From positions 3,392,001 to 3,456,000 of the forward strand of contig CAWDXG010000004.1 in assembly GCA_963806225.1 (NCBI GenBank): DNA of 64,000 nucleotides, read 5' to 3'. The notes beneath the pieces are model-generated. The model saw nothing but the letters and a program-made list of their open reading frames with translations. It was not told the origin of the DNA and did not search any database. Positions 48,902 through 58,742 of this stretch are shown here, in pieces (the stretch's first letter is position 1; the number at the start of each line of letters is the position of its first letter). Position numbers and translations under genes: made by a program. The DNA comes from an uncultured delta proteobacterium (GTDB lineage Bacteria; Myxococcota_A; Polyangia; Polyangiales; Polyangiaceae).

Positions 48902-50946
48902 CGTTCCTGGTTGCGGCTGCGCTCGCGATCGGGCTGCTGGTCGCGATACCCGTCGCGGCGCACCTGCTGCGTCGCGGTCGGGCCAACGAGCGGGAATTTC
49001 CGCCGGCCGCGCTGGTCCCCGCACAGCCGCCGGTCGCCAGGCAGCGCAGCCGCATCGAGGATCGCGCACTTCTGGCCCTCAGGGCGCTGATGATCCTCGG
49101 GTTGGCGGTGCTGGGAGCGACGCCGCTGGTGCGCTGCTCCCGGCTCTCGCTCTCGCGACCGTCCGGAGCCTCGGTCGCGCTGGCGCTGGTGATCGACGAC
49201 TCGCTCAGCATGCGCGCCACGGTCGACGGCGAGTCACGCTGGAAGCGGGCAATCGAGGGCGCATCCCAGCTACTGAAGTCCGCGCGCGAGGGCGACGCGA
49301 TCGCGATCGTGCTGGCGGGTCGTCCGGCGCGGCTGGCACTCGCCGGGACGACCGATCTCGGCGCCGCGCGCCGCGCACTCGACGAGCTGGCGCCCAGCGA
49401 CCGCTCTACCGATCTCGCTGGTGCCGTCCAGATCGCCCGCTCCGCGCTGAAGCAGCTGCCCCAGGTGGACAAGCGCATCGCACTCTTCAGCGATCTCGCT
49501 GGCGCACGCATCCCGGACGGCACGCCGGCACCCTGGCTGCCGCTGCCGGTGCTGGAGCGCCCGGTCGCCGACTGCGGCGTGATCTCGGGCGAGCAGCACG
49601 GAAAACGCGTGACGGCGCGCGTGGCCTGCTCGGCGGCGGCCGCGGCGCGCGGGCGGGAGCTCCGGGCGATCAGCGGCAAGCCTGGAGCCCGGCCCGCGGA
49701 TGCCGGAAAAGGCGCCGGCCGGTCCGACCCGAGCACCCCCGCCGGAAAGGTAGTGGCCCACGCGGCGCTCGCGCCACGCGCCGGCACGCAGACCGTACAG
49801 CTCGATCTGCCCGTGTCGGTCCCCATCGCCGAGCTCGAGCTGAAGGGGGACGACGCTCTCGGGCATGACGACCGGGCGCCGGTGACCGCGCGAAGCAGCG
49901 CGCTCGAGGTCGCCGTCGTGACCGACGTGTCGACGGGCTCGGTCACCACGGGCGGCCCCACGATCCTCGAGCAGGCTCTCTCCGCGCTCGACAGCGGCTC
50001 GGTGACCCGGCCGCTCGCGCTCGTCCCCGACGACGAGCACGAGCTCGAGCCCTTTGCCGCCCTGATCCTGGACGACCCCGCGGGACTGTCGCCGGAAAGC
50101 CGCAGCGCGCTCGCGAAGTGGCTGCGCCACGGCGGGGTTGCCATGGCGCTCCTGGGCCCGCGCGCCGAGACAGCGCAGCTCGGCGTGACGCTCGAGCCTT
50201 TCGCGACAGGTGCCGTGCACTGGGAGACGCCTGCCGGCTCGACGAGCATCGCCGCGAAGACGCTCTCCTGGCTCGGCAGCGAAGGCTCCAGCCTCGACAA
50301 GCTCCACCCGAAGGGGCGCGCACGACTCGACGGAGCGGAGCCCGCCGGCGCGCGGGTGAGCGCTCGCTGGAAGGACTCGCGGCCCTTCATCCTGGAGCGG
50401 CGCGTGGGGCGCGGTCTGGTGCTGAGCGTGGGCCTGCCGTCGTCGGCGTCGGAGAGCGATTTCGCGCTCCGCCCGGGATTTTTGGCACTGCTCGACCACG
50501 CCATCAAGCAGGCGCTCAAGCGTTCGGGTCCGCGGCGGAGCGTGGCCGGAGCGACGTGGAGCTTTTCCACCAACGCGGTGTCGATCGCGGGCCCGGACGG
50601 ACCGGTCCCCGTGCGCGATCCGGGTGGGAGCGAAGCGACGGACGACGATGCCGCCCCGGCAAAGGTCGCGGTGGTCGGTGTGCTCGGCCGCTACCTGGTG
50701 AAAACCGACGGCGAGACGCACACGCGCATCGTGACGCTCGATCCCGCGGAGATCACCACGCGCCCCACGAAGCCGGCCCGGGCGCTCCGCGCCGCGGCGG
50801 GCGGCACCGGCCGGACCCAGGTGGATGCCTCTCCGGGCGTCGCTCTGGCGCTGCTCGGCCTGCTCGCGCTCGAGCTCCTGCTGCGGCTAGCCGGCCCGTT
50901 GGGTCGCCGCAGACGCCGGGGCGCGGGGGCGGCCGCACGCACATGA
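48898..50946 (+). CDS. BatA/vWA-domain membrane protein
   Basis: IPVAAHLLRR...FP, LLALRAL, IDDSLSM MIDAS, FSDL. Confidence 0.88.
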   Translation: MTFLVAAALAIGLLVAIPVAAHLLRRGRANEREFPPAALVPAQPPVARQRSRIEDRALLALRALMILGLAVLGATPLVRCSRLSLSRPSGASVALALVIDDSLSMRATVDGESRWKRAIEGASQLLKSAREGDAIAIVLAGRPARLALAGTTDLGAARRALDELAPSDRSTDLAGAVQIARSALKQLPQVDKRIALFSDLAGARIPDGTPAPWLPLPVLERPVADCGVISGEQHGKRVTARVACSAAAAARGRELRAISGKPGARPADAGKGAGRSDPSTPAGKVVAHAALAPRAGTQTVQLDLPVSVPIAELELKGDDALGHDDRAPVTARSSALEVAVVTDVSTGSVTTGGPTILEQALSALDSGSVTRPLALVPDDEHELEPFAALILDDPAGLSPESRSALAKWLRHGGVAMALLGPRAETAQLGVTLEPFATGAVHWETPAGSTSIAAKTLSWLGSEGSSLDKLHPKGRARLDGAEPAGARVSARWKDSRPFILERRVGRGLVLSVGLPSSASESDFALRPGFLALLDHAIKQALKRSGPRRSVAGATWSFSTNAVSIAGPDGPVPVRDPGGSEATDDDAAPAKVAVVGVLGRYLVKTDGETHTRIVTLDPAEITTRPTKPARALRAAAGGTGRTQVDASPGVALALLGLLALELLLRLAGPLGRRRRRGAGAAART

Positions 50947-51014
50947 GGGCACGACCTGCGGTCGATTCCCACTCGAGTCGGGAAATCTCGCGGAGTTGGT
51001 GATAAGGCAGCGGC

Positions 51015-51566
51015 ATGTCTCGAGTCCGGTACTGGTGCACGGCTGTGCTGCTTTTGACCCTGGTCGCGGGCTGCCATTCGGCAGGGCTGTACGGCCACGC
51101 GCGCACCTACGCTCCGCTGTCGGACGAAGCGGAGGCCGCCCAGCACGCCAAGACCTACGACCCCGTGATGGCCCAGCGCATGCCCGACCAATGGAAGGGC
51201 AAGCCGGTCAGCGTGTTCGGCGTCGTCAAGCGTCGCAACCCCGGGCCGGGTGGAGCCGCCGATCTGACGCTCAGCGTGCGGACCCTTGAAACACGAAATC
51301 TGTGTTCCAACAGCTCCGAGGATAGCTGCCGCGTGACCGTGAGCGATCACGAGTACGCCGTCATCCACGCGCTGGTGAAGCTCGGCACGGACGACAACAT
51401 CGGCAAGAACAGCGTCGGCATCGGCTCGCTCGTCAGGGTGATCGGCGTGATCGGCGACGAGGTGGACGCGAGCGACGGCACGCCGGTGCTGCGCGCAACG
51501 TACTACCGCCACTGGCCGCGGGACTTCTACGTGACGACCGCGGATCGCGCGACCATGCGCCAGTAG
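51015..51566 (+). CDS. Lipoprotein, possibly OB-fold
   Basis: Lipobox LVAGC; GSLVRVIG...PVLRATYYRHW. Confidence 0.75.
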   Translation: MSRVRYWCTAVLLLTLVAGCHSAGLYGHARTYAPLSDEAEAAQHAKTYDPVMAQRMPDQWKGKPVSVFGVVKRRNPGPGGAADLTLSVRTLETRNLCSNSSEDSCRVTVSDHEYAVIHALVKLGTDDNIGKNSVGIGSLVRVIGVIGDEVDASDGTPVLRATYYRHWPRDFYVTTADRATMRQ

Positions 51567-51579
51567 TCTCCGCGTCCGC

Positions 51580-52593
51580 CTACTTGATGCCCCAGCCGAT
51601 CTCGAAGTCGGCGTAGAAGCCGGAGCCTGCCTCGCGGCTTATCTCGTTCTTCGTGCCCTGCGGACACGGGGTCGACGATGAAGTGTAGTTGTAGTCGTAG
51701 CACTGCTCGACGACGGTCCCGCCGAAGGAACGCCCCAGCGCGACCTCGAATCCCAGACGCAATCCGCTCCGGTAGACCCACTCGAACGGGACGTTCACAC
51801 CCAGGAACGAGCCGTAGTCGCTGACATCCGTGCGCATGAACAGGATCCCCGGCGACAGCAGGAAGCCCTCGCTGCTGACCGCGGCGAACCCGGCGCTTCC
51901 GCCCCAGAGAATCGAGGGAGGCTTGCTGTTCTGTGGCTCGTAGGCCCCGCCCAGCGTGCCGCTCCCCGAGTAGTTGTCGGAGTTCTGACTGAGGAAGGTC
52001 AGGATACGAGCGGACAGACGCAGGCGGTCCACGACGAACACGCCCACCTCGGCTCCCGTCAGCAGGAAGTCGTCGAAGCGGTTCCCTTCCACCACGGCAC
52101 CCGCCATCGCGTCGAAGAACGGTGATCTGCTGGCCGCGTCGTGCGGAGGCCGCTTCGGCGGCGGCGGGGCCGGAGGTTCCGGCGCGTATCCGGGCGGATA
52201 GGCGTAGCCCGGGGGCGGATAGGCGTAGCCGGGCGGCGGGTAGCTGTAGCCCTTTGGCGGGTAGCCATACCCGGCTGGCGGGGCGGTGCGGGCTCCCGCG
52301 CGCGGCGGATACGGGTACGGATAGCCGGGCGGAGCCGGCGGTGGTGCACCGGGAGAGGGGGCCGCGGAACCGGTCGCTGGCGGAGCCGGCGGAGCCGGCG
52401 CGGGGGCAGCCGAACCCGATGCCGTCGCGGTGGCGGGCGGCGGGGCGGTGGCCGACGCCGGGGCGGTGGCGCTGCCGGGCGGCTGGCCAGGCGCGGGGGG
52501 CAGCGCGTCGCCCGGCTGTGCGAGCACGACTGCGGCGGGGGCCATCAGCGCCGCAGCCACCCCGGCCGCGAGCGCAAGTCTCGAGCTGAGCAT
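51580..52593 (-). CDS. Secreted Pro/Tyr-rich protein with a probable C-terminal beta-barrel
   Basis: Signal peptide, PPGYAY repeats, amphipathic strands ending FEIGWGIK. Confidence 0.7.
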   Translation of the reverse strand: MLSSRLALAAGVAAALMAPAAVVLAQPGDALPPAPGQPPGSATAPASATAPPPATATASGSAAPAPAPPAPPATGSAAPSPGAPPPAPPGYPYPYPPRAGARTAPPAGYGYPPKGYSYPPPGYAYPPPGYAYPPGYAPEPPAPPPPKRPPHDAASRSPFFDAMAGAVVEGNRFDDFLLTGAEVGVFVVDRLRLSARILTFLSQNSDNYSGSGTLGGAYEPQNSKPPSILWGGSAGFAAVSSEGFLLSPGILFMRTDVSDYGSFLGVNVPFEWVYRSGLRLGFEVALGRSFGGTVVEQCYDYNYTSSSTPCPQGTKNEISREAGSGFYADFEIGWGIK

Positions 52594-52675
52594 GATGGAG
52601 GCTCTCGTGGTCCGGCCGGCGCGTCAAGCCGCGGCCGGGCGCTTCCCGGCCCACATGTGCTAGGACCGCCCGCGT

Positions 52676-53698
52676 ATGGTGTGCATCGCTCCCCGGAGCC
52701 GCCGCGGAGGCCGTTTCCGCTCGGCTATCGCGCTGCCGCTGGCGCTGCTCGTGGCGACCGCGCTGCTCTCGGCCGCGACACGAGCACGGGCAACCGTGGT
52801 CGAGCGCGTCGTCGCGGTCATCGGCGAACGCGCCATTCTCCTCAGCGATCTGCGCGAGCGAGCGCGTCCTTTCATGGCCAAGATCTACGATCAGGTCCCG
52901 TCCGGAGCGCGGCGCAACGCGGCCCTCTCGCAGCTGTACAAGGCGCTGCTGCAGCGCATGATCGACGAGGAGCTCGAACAGCGGGCAGCGACCCGCGCCC
53001 ACATCGTCGTCTCCGCGGTGGAGGTCGACAAGGCGCTCGCCCGCATTGCCGCGCAGAACGGCATCTCCGTGGAGAAGCTCGTCCAGGAAGCCGAGGCGAG
53101 CGGTCTCACCGAGCCGCAATACCGGCGCGAGGTCAGGCACCAGGTGCTGGAAGCCAAGCTCCTGAACCTGCGGCTACAGGGGCGCATCCGCGTCACGCCG
53201 GAGGACGTGCGGACGGCCTACCGCCGCATTGTGGTCAACGAGCGCCGCAAACTGTCCTTCCGCGCGGCATGGATCAAGCTCAGCGCACCGCGCTCGCTGA
53301 GCGGACCGGCTCTGGAAGCCCGACGCGCGCTCGCAGACCACATCGCCCGCATGGCGCGGCAAGGTGCGGACTTCGCCACGCTCGCCCGGCGCTATTCGGA
53401 TGACGCCGCCACGCGAAAGACCGGCGGACTGCTCGGCGAGAAGAAACCCGGCCAGCTTCCCGCCGTCGTCGATCGCGTCGCGCTGGGGATGGAGGTCGGC
53501 GAGGTCTCGCCTCCACTGCGAGTGGGCGACGAGCTCGTCATCGTCAAGCTGGTGGAACGCGCCGACACGGATCTGCCCACGCTCGCGGACGCGCGCGACG
53601 AGCTGAGCGAGCGCGTCTATCTCGACAAGATGAACAAGGCGCGCCGACGCTGGCTCGACAGCCTTCGCAGGCGCACCCACGTCGAAGTGCGGCTGTAG
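52676..53698 (+). CDS. surA: SurA-like chaperone/parvulin PPIase
   Basis: VERVVAVIG...ILLSDL, GADFATLARRYSDD...GGLLG, WLDSLRRRTHVEV. Confidence 0.8.
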   Translation: MVCIAPRSRRGGRFRSAIALPLALLVATALLSAATRARATVVERVVAVIGERAILLSDLRERARPFMAKIYDQVPSGARRNAALSQLYKALLQRMIDEELEQRAATRAHIVVSAVEVDKALARIAAQNGISVEKLVQEAEASGLTEPQYRREVRHQVLEAKLLNLRLQGRIRVTPEDVRTAYRRIVVNERRKLSFRAAWIKLSAPRSLSGPALEARRALADHIARMARQGADFATLARRYSDDAATRKTGGLLGEKKPGQLPAVVDRVALGMEVGEVSPPLRVGDELVIVKLVERADTDLPTLADARDELSERVYLDKMNKARRRWLDSLRRRTHVEVRL

Positions 53699-53731
53699 GT
53701 TTTCCGGCTCTGGTCGGGACGCGACGCCGGC

Positions 53732-56389
53732 TCAGCGCGTGCCGCAGATCGCGGAATACACGTCGCTCTTCGACGTGCCGCTCGCGACCAGGCGCTTGGC
53801 GGCCGCAAGCTCGGCATCCACCGCGCTCTCGAACTTCGACAGCGGCTGCGCGCCCGTCAGCTCGCGGCCGTTGATGAAGAAGCTGGGAGTACCGGTGACG
53901 CCGAAGCCCTGACCCTCGCGCATGTCGTCATCGATGGCGGCCCGGTGGCTGGCATCGCGCACGGCATCGAGTAGCGGGGACGGGTCGAGACCGGCGCCGC
54001 GGGCGATGCGCGTCAGGCTGGAATCATCGAGCGAAGGCTGCGCGGCGAACAGCGCGTCGTGAACGCGCCAGAACGCGCTCGAACCGCCCCTGGCCATCGC
54101 TTCCATCGCAAAGTTCGCGGCAGGCCGCGCGCGAGCGTGGAACTGCAGCGGGAAGTTCTTCCACACCAGCCTCACTTCCCCTCCGTAGCGGCGCCTGAGC
54201 GTGTCGAGGGTCGGCTGCACGCGTTTGCAGAACGGGCACTGGAAGTCAGAGTACTCGATGATGGTGACGAGCGCGTCCGACGGGCCGCGCACCGGCGAAC
54301 CCGCCACCGGGGGGCATCGCCGCTCGGGCGCGGCGGGACCGAGATCGACGAGGTTCTTGCGGACGCGGTCGGCGTACAGGTCCTCGGCCGCCTCTCCAGT
54401 GGCGGCCAGCGCGCGCGCTTGCGACAGCTCACGCTCTACCACCCGCGAAAGCGCCGCGAACGGCTGGTAGCCCTCCACGCGCAGCCCATTGACGAAGAAA
54501 GTGGGGGTCGCGCGGATGTTGTAGCGGCCCGCCAGCTGCAGCGCGCGGTCGACCCGCGCCGCGTAGCGCGGCTCCGAAAGCCACGCCTTCACACGGCTGC
54601 CCTCGCCGCCGGCGTCGGAAACCCAACGCGAAAGGTGCGGGCTTGTCGAGGACTGGCTGCTCGCCGCCGCCTGCGACGCGAACTTCCAGAATGCAGCGTC
54701 GCCGCTCGTCTCCTCGAGCGCGACGGCGACTTCAGCGGCATCGCGCGCGTGCGGATGGACGGTGAGCGGGCGGTTCTTCCACACCAGCCGGAGGTCGCCG
54801 CTGAAGCGCGTTTCGAGTCGCCGCAGCACATCCAGCGATCGGCGAGTATAGGGGCAGTCGAGATCGCCGAAGACCAGCAGCGTGACGGGCGCGTCCGGCT
54901 TGCCCCACACCGGGTCGTCGCGGTCGACGGGCAACGGCACGCCTACCGCGGAGCTTCGATGCACGGCGCGACCGCTCGGCACGAGAGCCGGCGCCGGCAA
55001 CGTGCGGGTGGCAACGCCGCCATCGGTGGCGCCCGGAGGCGTCGCCGTGCCCGGCGTCGGAACGCCCGGCACCGGCACAGGCATGGGACCAGGAGGCGCC
55101 GCGATCGGCGGCGGCGAGACGGTCGCAACTGCGGTCGCCGAGCGGGACGACAGCGCGTACCAGAACCCGGCGCCCACCCCGCCGACCATCAGCAGCAGAC
55201 CGCCGACGACGGCCAGCGCGACGGCCCACGTGGCGCCCGCGCTGCGGCGGGAAGCAGGCGGCGGCGGAACCGGCTGCGCGGGCCCGCGATGGCCCGCGCC
55301 GCGGGCGACGATGCCGGCCTCGCAATCGGGCGGGGGCCCGGCGGGTGCTGCGCCCCGGCGCTCTGCGGCTGCCTCCACGTCGGGCCCGGACGCGCGCGGT
55401 TCCTGCTCTGCCGGCGGCTCCGCGACGCCCTGCTCGGCGTCGGGCACCGCTTCTAGCTCCGCGCCGCCGCTCTGCTCCGCGTCCGGCAGCGAGAGCTCCT
55501 CCGGCGAAGTGGGCTCCGCCGGCGGCGACTCCGGCGCGCCGGCATCGGGCGAAGCGCCCGCGTCGGGGAGCGCACCGGGTTCCGAGAGAGCCGCCTCGAG
55601 GCGCAGCGCCCACAGCTCGACGTCGCGCGGACGCGCTCCCACCGACGGCGCCATCGCCCCGGCGATGCAGCTCTCGAGCGCGTCGCCCACCTCGAGCCCC
55701 AACGCCCGCGGCGTCGGTGCGTCCAGGTGCGCCGGCGCCGCATGCGCAGCACAGAGCTCGCTGGCCAGCACGCCCAGCGCGTACACATCCGCCCACGTCT
55801 CGGCGCGCGCCGGCATGGCCCCGCGCTGCTCGGGCGCGCGGTACACCACCGGCAGCGCGTCACGAGCCAGGGTGGGCCCGCCCAGCGACTGCGCGAGCTG
55901 CGCCACGCCGAAGCCCTCGAGCGACACACCGTCGTCGGTGAGCGCGATCAACTCCGGGCGGAGATAGGCGTGCGCGACGCCCTGCTCGTGCAGCGGCGAC
56001 AGTGCCCGGGCGATCTGCGAGACAAGCCGGGCAATCTCGTCCGGGCCCAGACGCTCGCCGCGGATCACGTCCTCGAGCGTGCGGCTATCAGCGGCGGCGT
56101 AGGCCACCGCCACCTGGCGCGCGCGCGAGCTCGCACCGCTGCCCGCCGCTCCGACCAGACCCGCGCCGAGCGAGCGCGCGATGCCGCCGCAGCCGATGGC
56201 GTAGCGGGACACCCGCTCCAGCACCCGCTCGGGGTCCTCGCCCGCCGCCACGTTGCCGAGCAACACGAGGCGCGCCGGCTCGCCACTCTGCTCGTCGACG
56301 GCGTCGTAGACCCCCGCGCCGCCTGGACGTCCTCGCTCACGAATGACGCGGAAACGTCCGAGCAACTGCGTTCCGGTGGCGACTCCCAT
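53732..56389 (-). CDS. Pseudokinase-TM-tandem DsbA fusion
   Basis: Degenerate kinase (HAYLRPE, EGFG, YRAPEQ, ADVYALG), TM, DsbA domains DLDCPYT and DFQCPFC. Confidence 0.85.
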   Translation of the reverse strand: MGVATGTQLLGRFRVIRERGRPGGAGVYDAVDEQSGEPARLVLLGNVAAGEDPERVLERVSRYAIGCGGIARSLGAGLVGAAGSGASSRARQVAVAYAAADSRTLEDVIRGERLGPDEIARLVSQIARALSPLHEQGVAHAYLRPELIALTDDGVSLEGFGVAQLAQSLGGPTLARDALPVVYRAPEQRGAMPARAETWADVYALGVLASELCAAHAAPAHLDAPTPRALGLEVGDALESCIAGAMAPSVGARPRDVELWALRLEAALSEPGALPDAGASPDAGAPESPPAEPTSPEELSLPDAEQSGGAELEAVPDAEQGVAEPPAEQEPRASGPDVEAAAERRGAAPAGPPPDCEAGIVARGAGHRGPAQPVPPPPASRRSAGATWAVALAVVGGLLLMVGGVGAGFWYALSSRSATAVATVSPPPIAAPPGPMPVPVPGVPTPGTATPPGATDGGVATRTLPAPALVPSGRAVHRSSAVGVPLPVDRDDPVWGKPDAPVTLLVFGDLDCPYTRRSLDVLRRLETRFSGDLRLVWKNRPLTVHPHARDAAEVAVALEETSGDAAFWKFASQAAASSQSSTSPHLSRWVSDAGGEGSRVKAWLSEPRYAARVDRALQLAGRYNIRATPTFFVNGLRVEGYQPFAALSRVVERELSQARALAATGEAAEDLYADRVRKNLVDLGPAAPERRCPPVAGSPVRGPSDALVTIIEYSDFQCPFCKRVQPTLDTLRRRYGGEVRLVWKNFPLQFHARARPAANFAMEAMARGGSSAFWRVHDALFAAQPSLDDSSLTRIARGAGLDPSPLLDAVRDASHRAAIDDDMREGQGFGVTGTPSFFINGRELTGAQPLSKFESAVDAELAAAKRLVASGTSKSDVYSAICGTR

Positions 56390-56668
56390 CGATATCCACG
56401 CGGTCCGGGCGGCGTCGGCGGACCACGCTGGGTGGTCTACCAGGCCGCTGACACTTTGGCAGCTCGAAGCGGCCAACCGACAGCTTGGCGCTGGCGGAAG
56501 CGGCCGCGCTGGCAACGACCGCCCGGACGCCCGGCGTGGATCGACGCGGGACCGACCCTTTCCCGGGCCGCAAATCTGCAAAATCGCCCGCCGATTGGCG
56601 GAACACGCCGCGGAGCAGCCGGGAGCGCGGGGGTAACCCAGCGGAAGGATGCCCGACCATTTGCGCCG

Positions 56669-56684
56669 TGGCACGCTGTATGCT
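56669..56684 (+). promoter_or_regulatory. Putative sigma54 promoter
   Basis: TGGCACGCTGTATGCT, near-consensus -24/-12, 15 nt before the ATG at 56700. Confidence 0.7.
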
Positions 56685-56699
56685 CAAAGGACGCCCGCG

Positions 56700-57929
56700 A
56701 TGTCGCTTACTCTCCCGCGCCGCTTCTTGTTCCCGCTCTCTGGCTCTGCCGCCGCGCTGGCCGTGCTGCTGGGCGCCGGACCAGCCGCCGCGCAACAGAT
56801 CACCATCGGGACCGGCGTCAAACGCAGCACTCCCGTACGCGGCGGCACCTACCACCCGAATTGGATCAACCACTCGGACTGCGTCGCAGACGGGACGATC
56901 ACGTTTCCGGTCAGCATGCCGAGCCCCGCCTATAGCAACGACACGCTCGAGATCTGGGTGGGCTCCAACGTGGACTGCAGCGTCTACGACAACCGCAAGG
57001 GCGCGTCGCCGACCTGCTGGAACGTGTACGCCGCGACGCCCTCTTCCGGCACTGCGTTCTCCGCGAAGGTCCGGATGCAGGACATCGCCGGGCAGCACAA
57101 GTACACCGACACTGCCAGTGGTCCCGGCAGCGGCATACCGGCGGACTGCGAGAACCAGTCGAACTCGAGTCCTCTCGACGCCACCCTCTACTTCATGCTG
57201 GTGGACGGCAGCGGGCAGATCGACGCGACCACGCAGTTCGGCACGTACAAGGACCTGAAGCTCGACCTGCGCGGCCCCGACGCTCCAACCGGCATCAAGA
57301 CAGGCATCGCCGAGAATCAGGTCAAGGTGAGCTGGACAGCACCTTCATCACCCGCCGACCTGGTCGGGTATCACCTCTTCTGTTTCCCGAAGCCCGGAGC
57401 AGCCAGCACCTCGCAGCCACTGGAAGCGGGTACCGACGCGGCCCTGGATGCGGCTGGCGGTGGAAGCGGCGGTGCCGACGCCGCAACCGGCACGGGCGGC
57501 AGCGGAGGAACCAGCGGCGCCGGCGGGAGCGCGACCAGCGACGCGGGCAGCGACGCAGCTGCCGGCAATCCCGACTGCCCGTCGCCTGCGCTCTTGCCCG
57601 GGGCAGTGCCGGATCCAGCCTACCTCTGCGGCGACGTGCACGGCGTGACGAGCACCAGCGCCTACGCCAAGGGGCTAACCAATTTCACCAAGTACGCAGT
57701 AGCGGTCGCCGGATACGACGGCGTGCAGAACGACGGCCCGCTCTCGACGATAGAGTGCGGCACACCGCAACCGGTGAACGACTTCTGGGACGAATACACC
57801 CAGGCCGGCGGCAAGGGCGGCGGCGGCTTCTGCGGCATTGCCGACAAGCCGGCGCCCGGAGCGGGCGGCGCGTTCCTGCTGGCGCTGTTCGCCGGCCTCC
57901 TGCGGCGACGACGGAGGCAGCGAAGTTGA
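56700..57929 (+). CDS. FN3-containing surface protein with a MYXO-CTERM-like anchor (MXAN_2561-like)
   Basis: Signal peptide, VKVSW...GYHL FN3 strands, DFWDEYTQAGG..GGGFC + TM + RRRRR. Confidence 0.75.
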   Translation: MSLTLPRRFLFPLSGSAAALAVLLGAGPAAAQQITIGTGVKRSTPVRGGTYHPNWINHSDCVADGTITFPVSMPSPAYSNDTLEIWVGSNVDCSVYDNRKGASPTCWNVYAATPSSGTAFSAKVRMQDIAGQHKYTDTASGPGSGIPADCENQSNSSPLDATLYFMLVDGSGQIDATTQFGTYKDLKLDLRGPDAPTGIKTGIAENQVKVSWTAPSSPADLVGYHLFCFPKPGAASTSQPLEAGTDAALDAAGGGSGGADAATGTGGSGGTSGAGGSATSDAGSDAAAGNPDCPSPALLPGAVPDPAYLCGDVHGVTSTSAYAKGLTNFTKYAVAVAGYDGVQNDGPLSTIECGTPQPVNDFWDEYTQAGGKGGGGFCGIADKPAPGAGGAFLLALFAGLLRRRRRQRS

Positions 57930-58690
57930 AGTTGGTAAGTGCGGCCGCCTGTGCGGCCCTGATGCTGGCAGCGTCCACGGCGCTGGCCCAGGGAGTGGAC
58001 GAGTTCGGGCCGTACGGCGGGGCGGGCGCGGATGCCTTCGAGTCCCCGCAGCATTTCGCGTTGGAACTGCGCTTCGGGCCCTACCGTCCGCGCGTGGACA
58101 ACTCGTTCAACGGCTCGGCCGCGCCGTACCAGGACATCTTCGGGTCGAAGAAGCGCTACCTGGTCGGCCTCGAGCTCGACTGGCAGGCGCTCAGGATCCC
58201 CATGGTCGGGACGCTCGGCCCCGGTCTCGGCTGGGGCTACACGACGGCATCGGGTCAAGCGCTGCTCACCGACGGCTGCGGGGGGCGCGCCGCGCAGGAC
58301 ACGTCGCTGGCGGTGATGCCGATGTACCTGGTGGGCGTGTTCCGGGTGGACGTGCTGGCACGCAGGACCCCCGTTCCGCTGGTCGCCTACGCGAAGGCCG
58401 GTCTCGGCTACGCCCTGTGGTGGTCCAACAGCGGCGGGAACACCTCCCACGCCGCCGACGGCCGCGTCGCACGGGACGCCTCCTACGGCTACCAGTTCGC
58501 GCTGGGCGGCATGTTCCTGCTCGACTCGATCGACCGCGACGCGGCCCGGGAGATGGACAACGCCACCGGCGTGAACAACTCCTACTTCTTCATGGAGTGG
58601 TACTACTCGAGCCTCGACGGCTTCGGCTCCGGCAAGCAGATGCAGGTCGGCGCCAACACCTGGATGCTCGGCCTCGCATTCGAGTTCTAG
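57926..58690 (+). CDS. Outer-membrane beta-barrel (MXAN_2562-like)
   Basis: LELRFGPYRP, VPLVAYAKAGLGYALWW, C-terminal GLAFEF; coupled to the upstream gene. Confidence 0.75.
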   Translation: MKLVSAAACAALMLAASTALAQGVDEFGPYGGAGADAFESPQHFALELRFGPYRPRVDNSFNGSAAPYQDIFGSKKRYLVGLELDWQALRIPMVGTLGPGLGWGYTTASGQALLTDGCGGRAAQDTSLAVMPMYLVGVFRVDVLARRTPVPLVAYAKAGLGYALWWSNSGGNTSHAADGRVARDASYGYQFALGGMFLLDSIDRDAAREMDNATGVNNSYFFMEWYYSSLDGFGSGKQMQVGANTWMLGLAFEF

Positions 58691-58742
58691 TCGATCGCAA
58701 CACGCCTCGCTCGGCGCGGGCTCGCTATCGCTCGCCGGCGGC

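Noticed and set aside
45200..49069. 1289-aa minus-strand ORF and many similar long overlapping ORFs
   Set aside because: Shadow ORFs of high-GC genes with no recognisable domains, lying opposite well-supported genes.
52187..52330. Tandem DNA repeats GGCGGATAGGCGTAGCC
   Set aside because: Explained by the PPGYAY low-complexity coding sequence.
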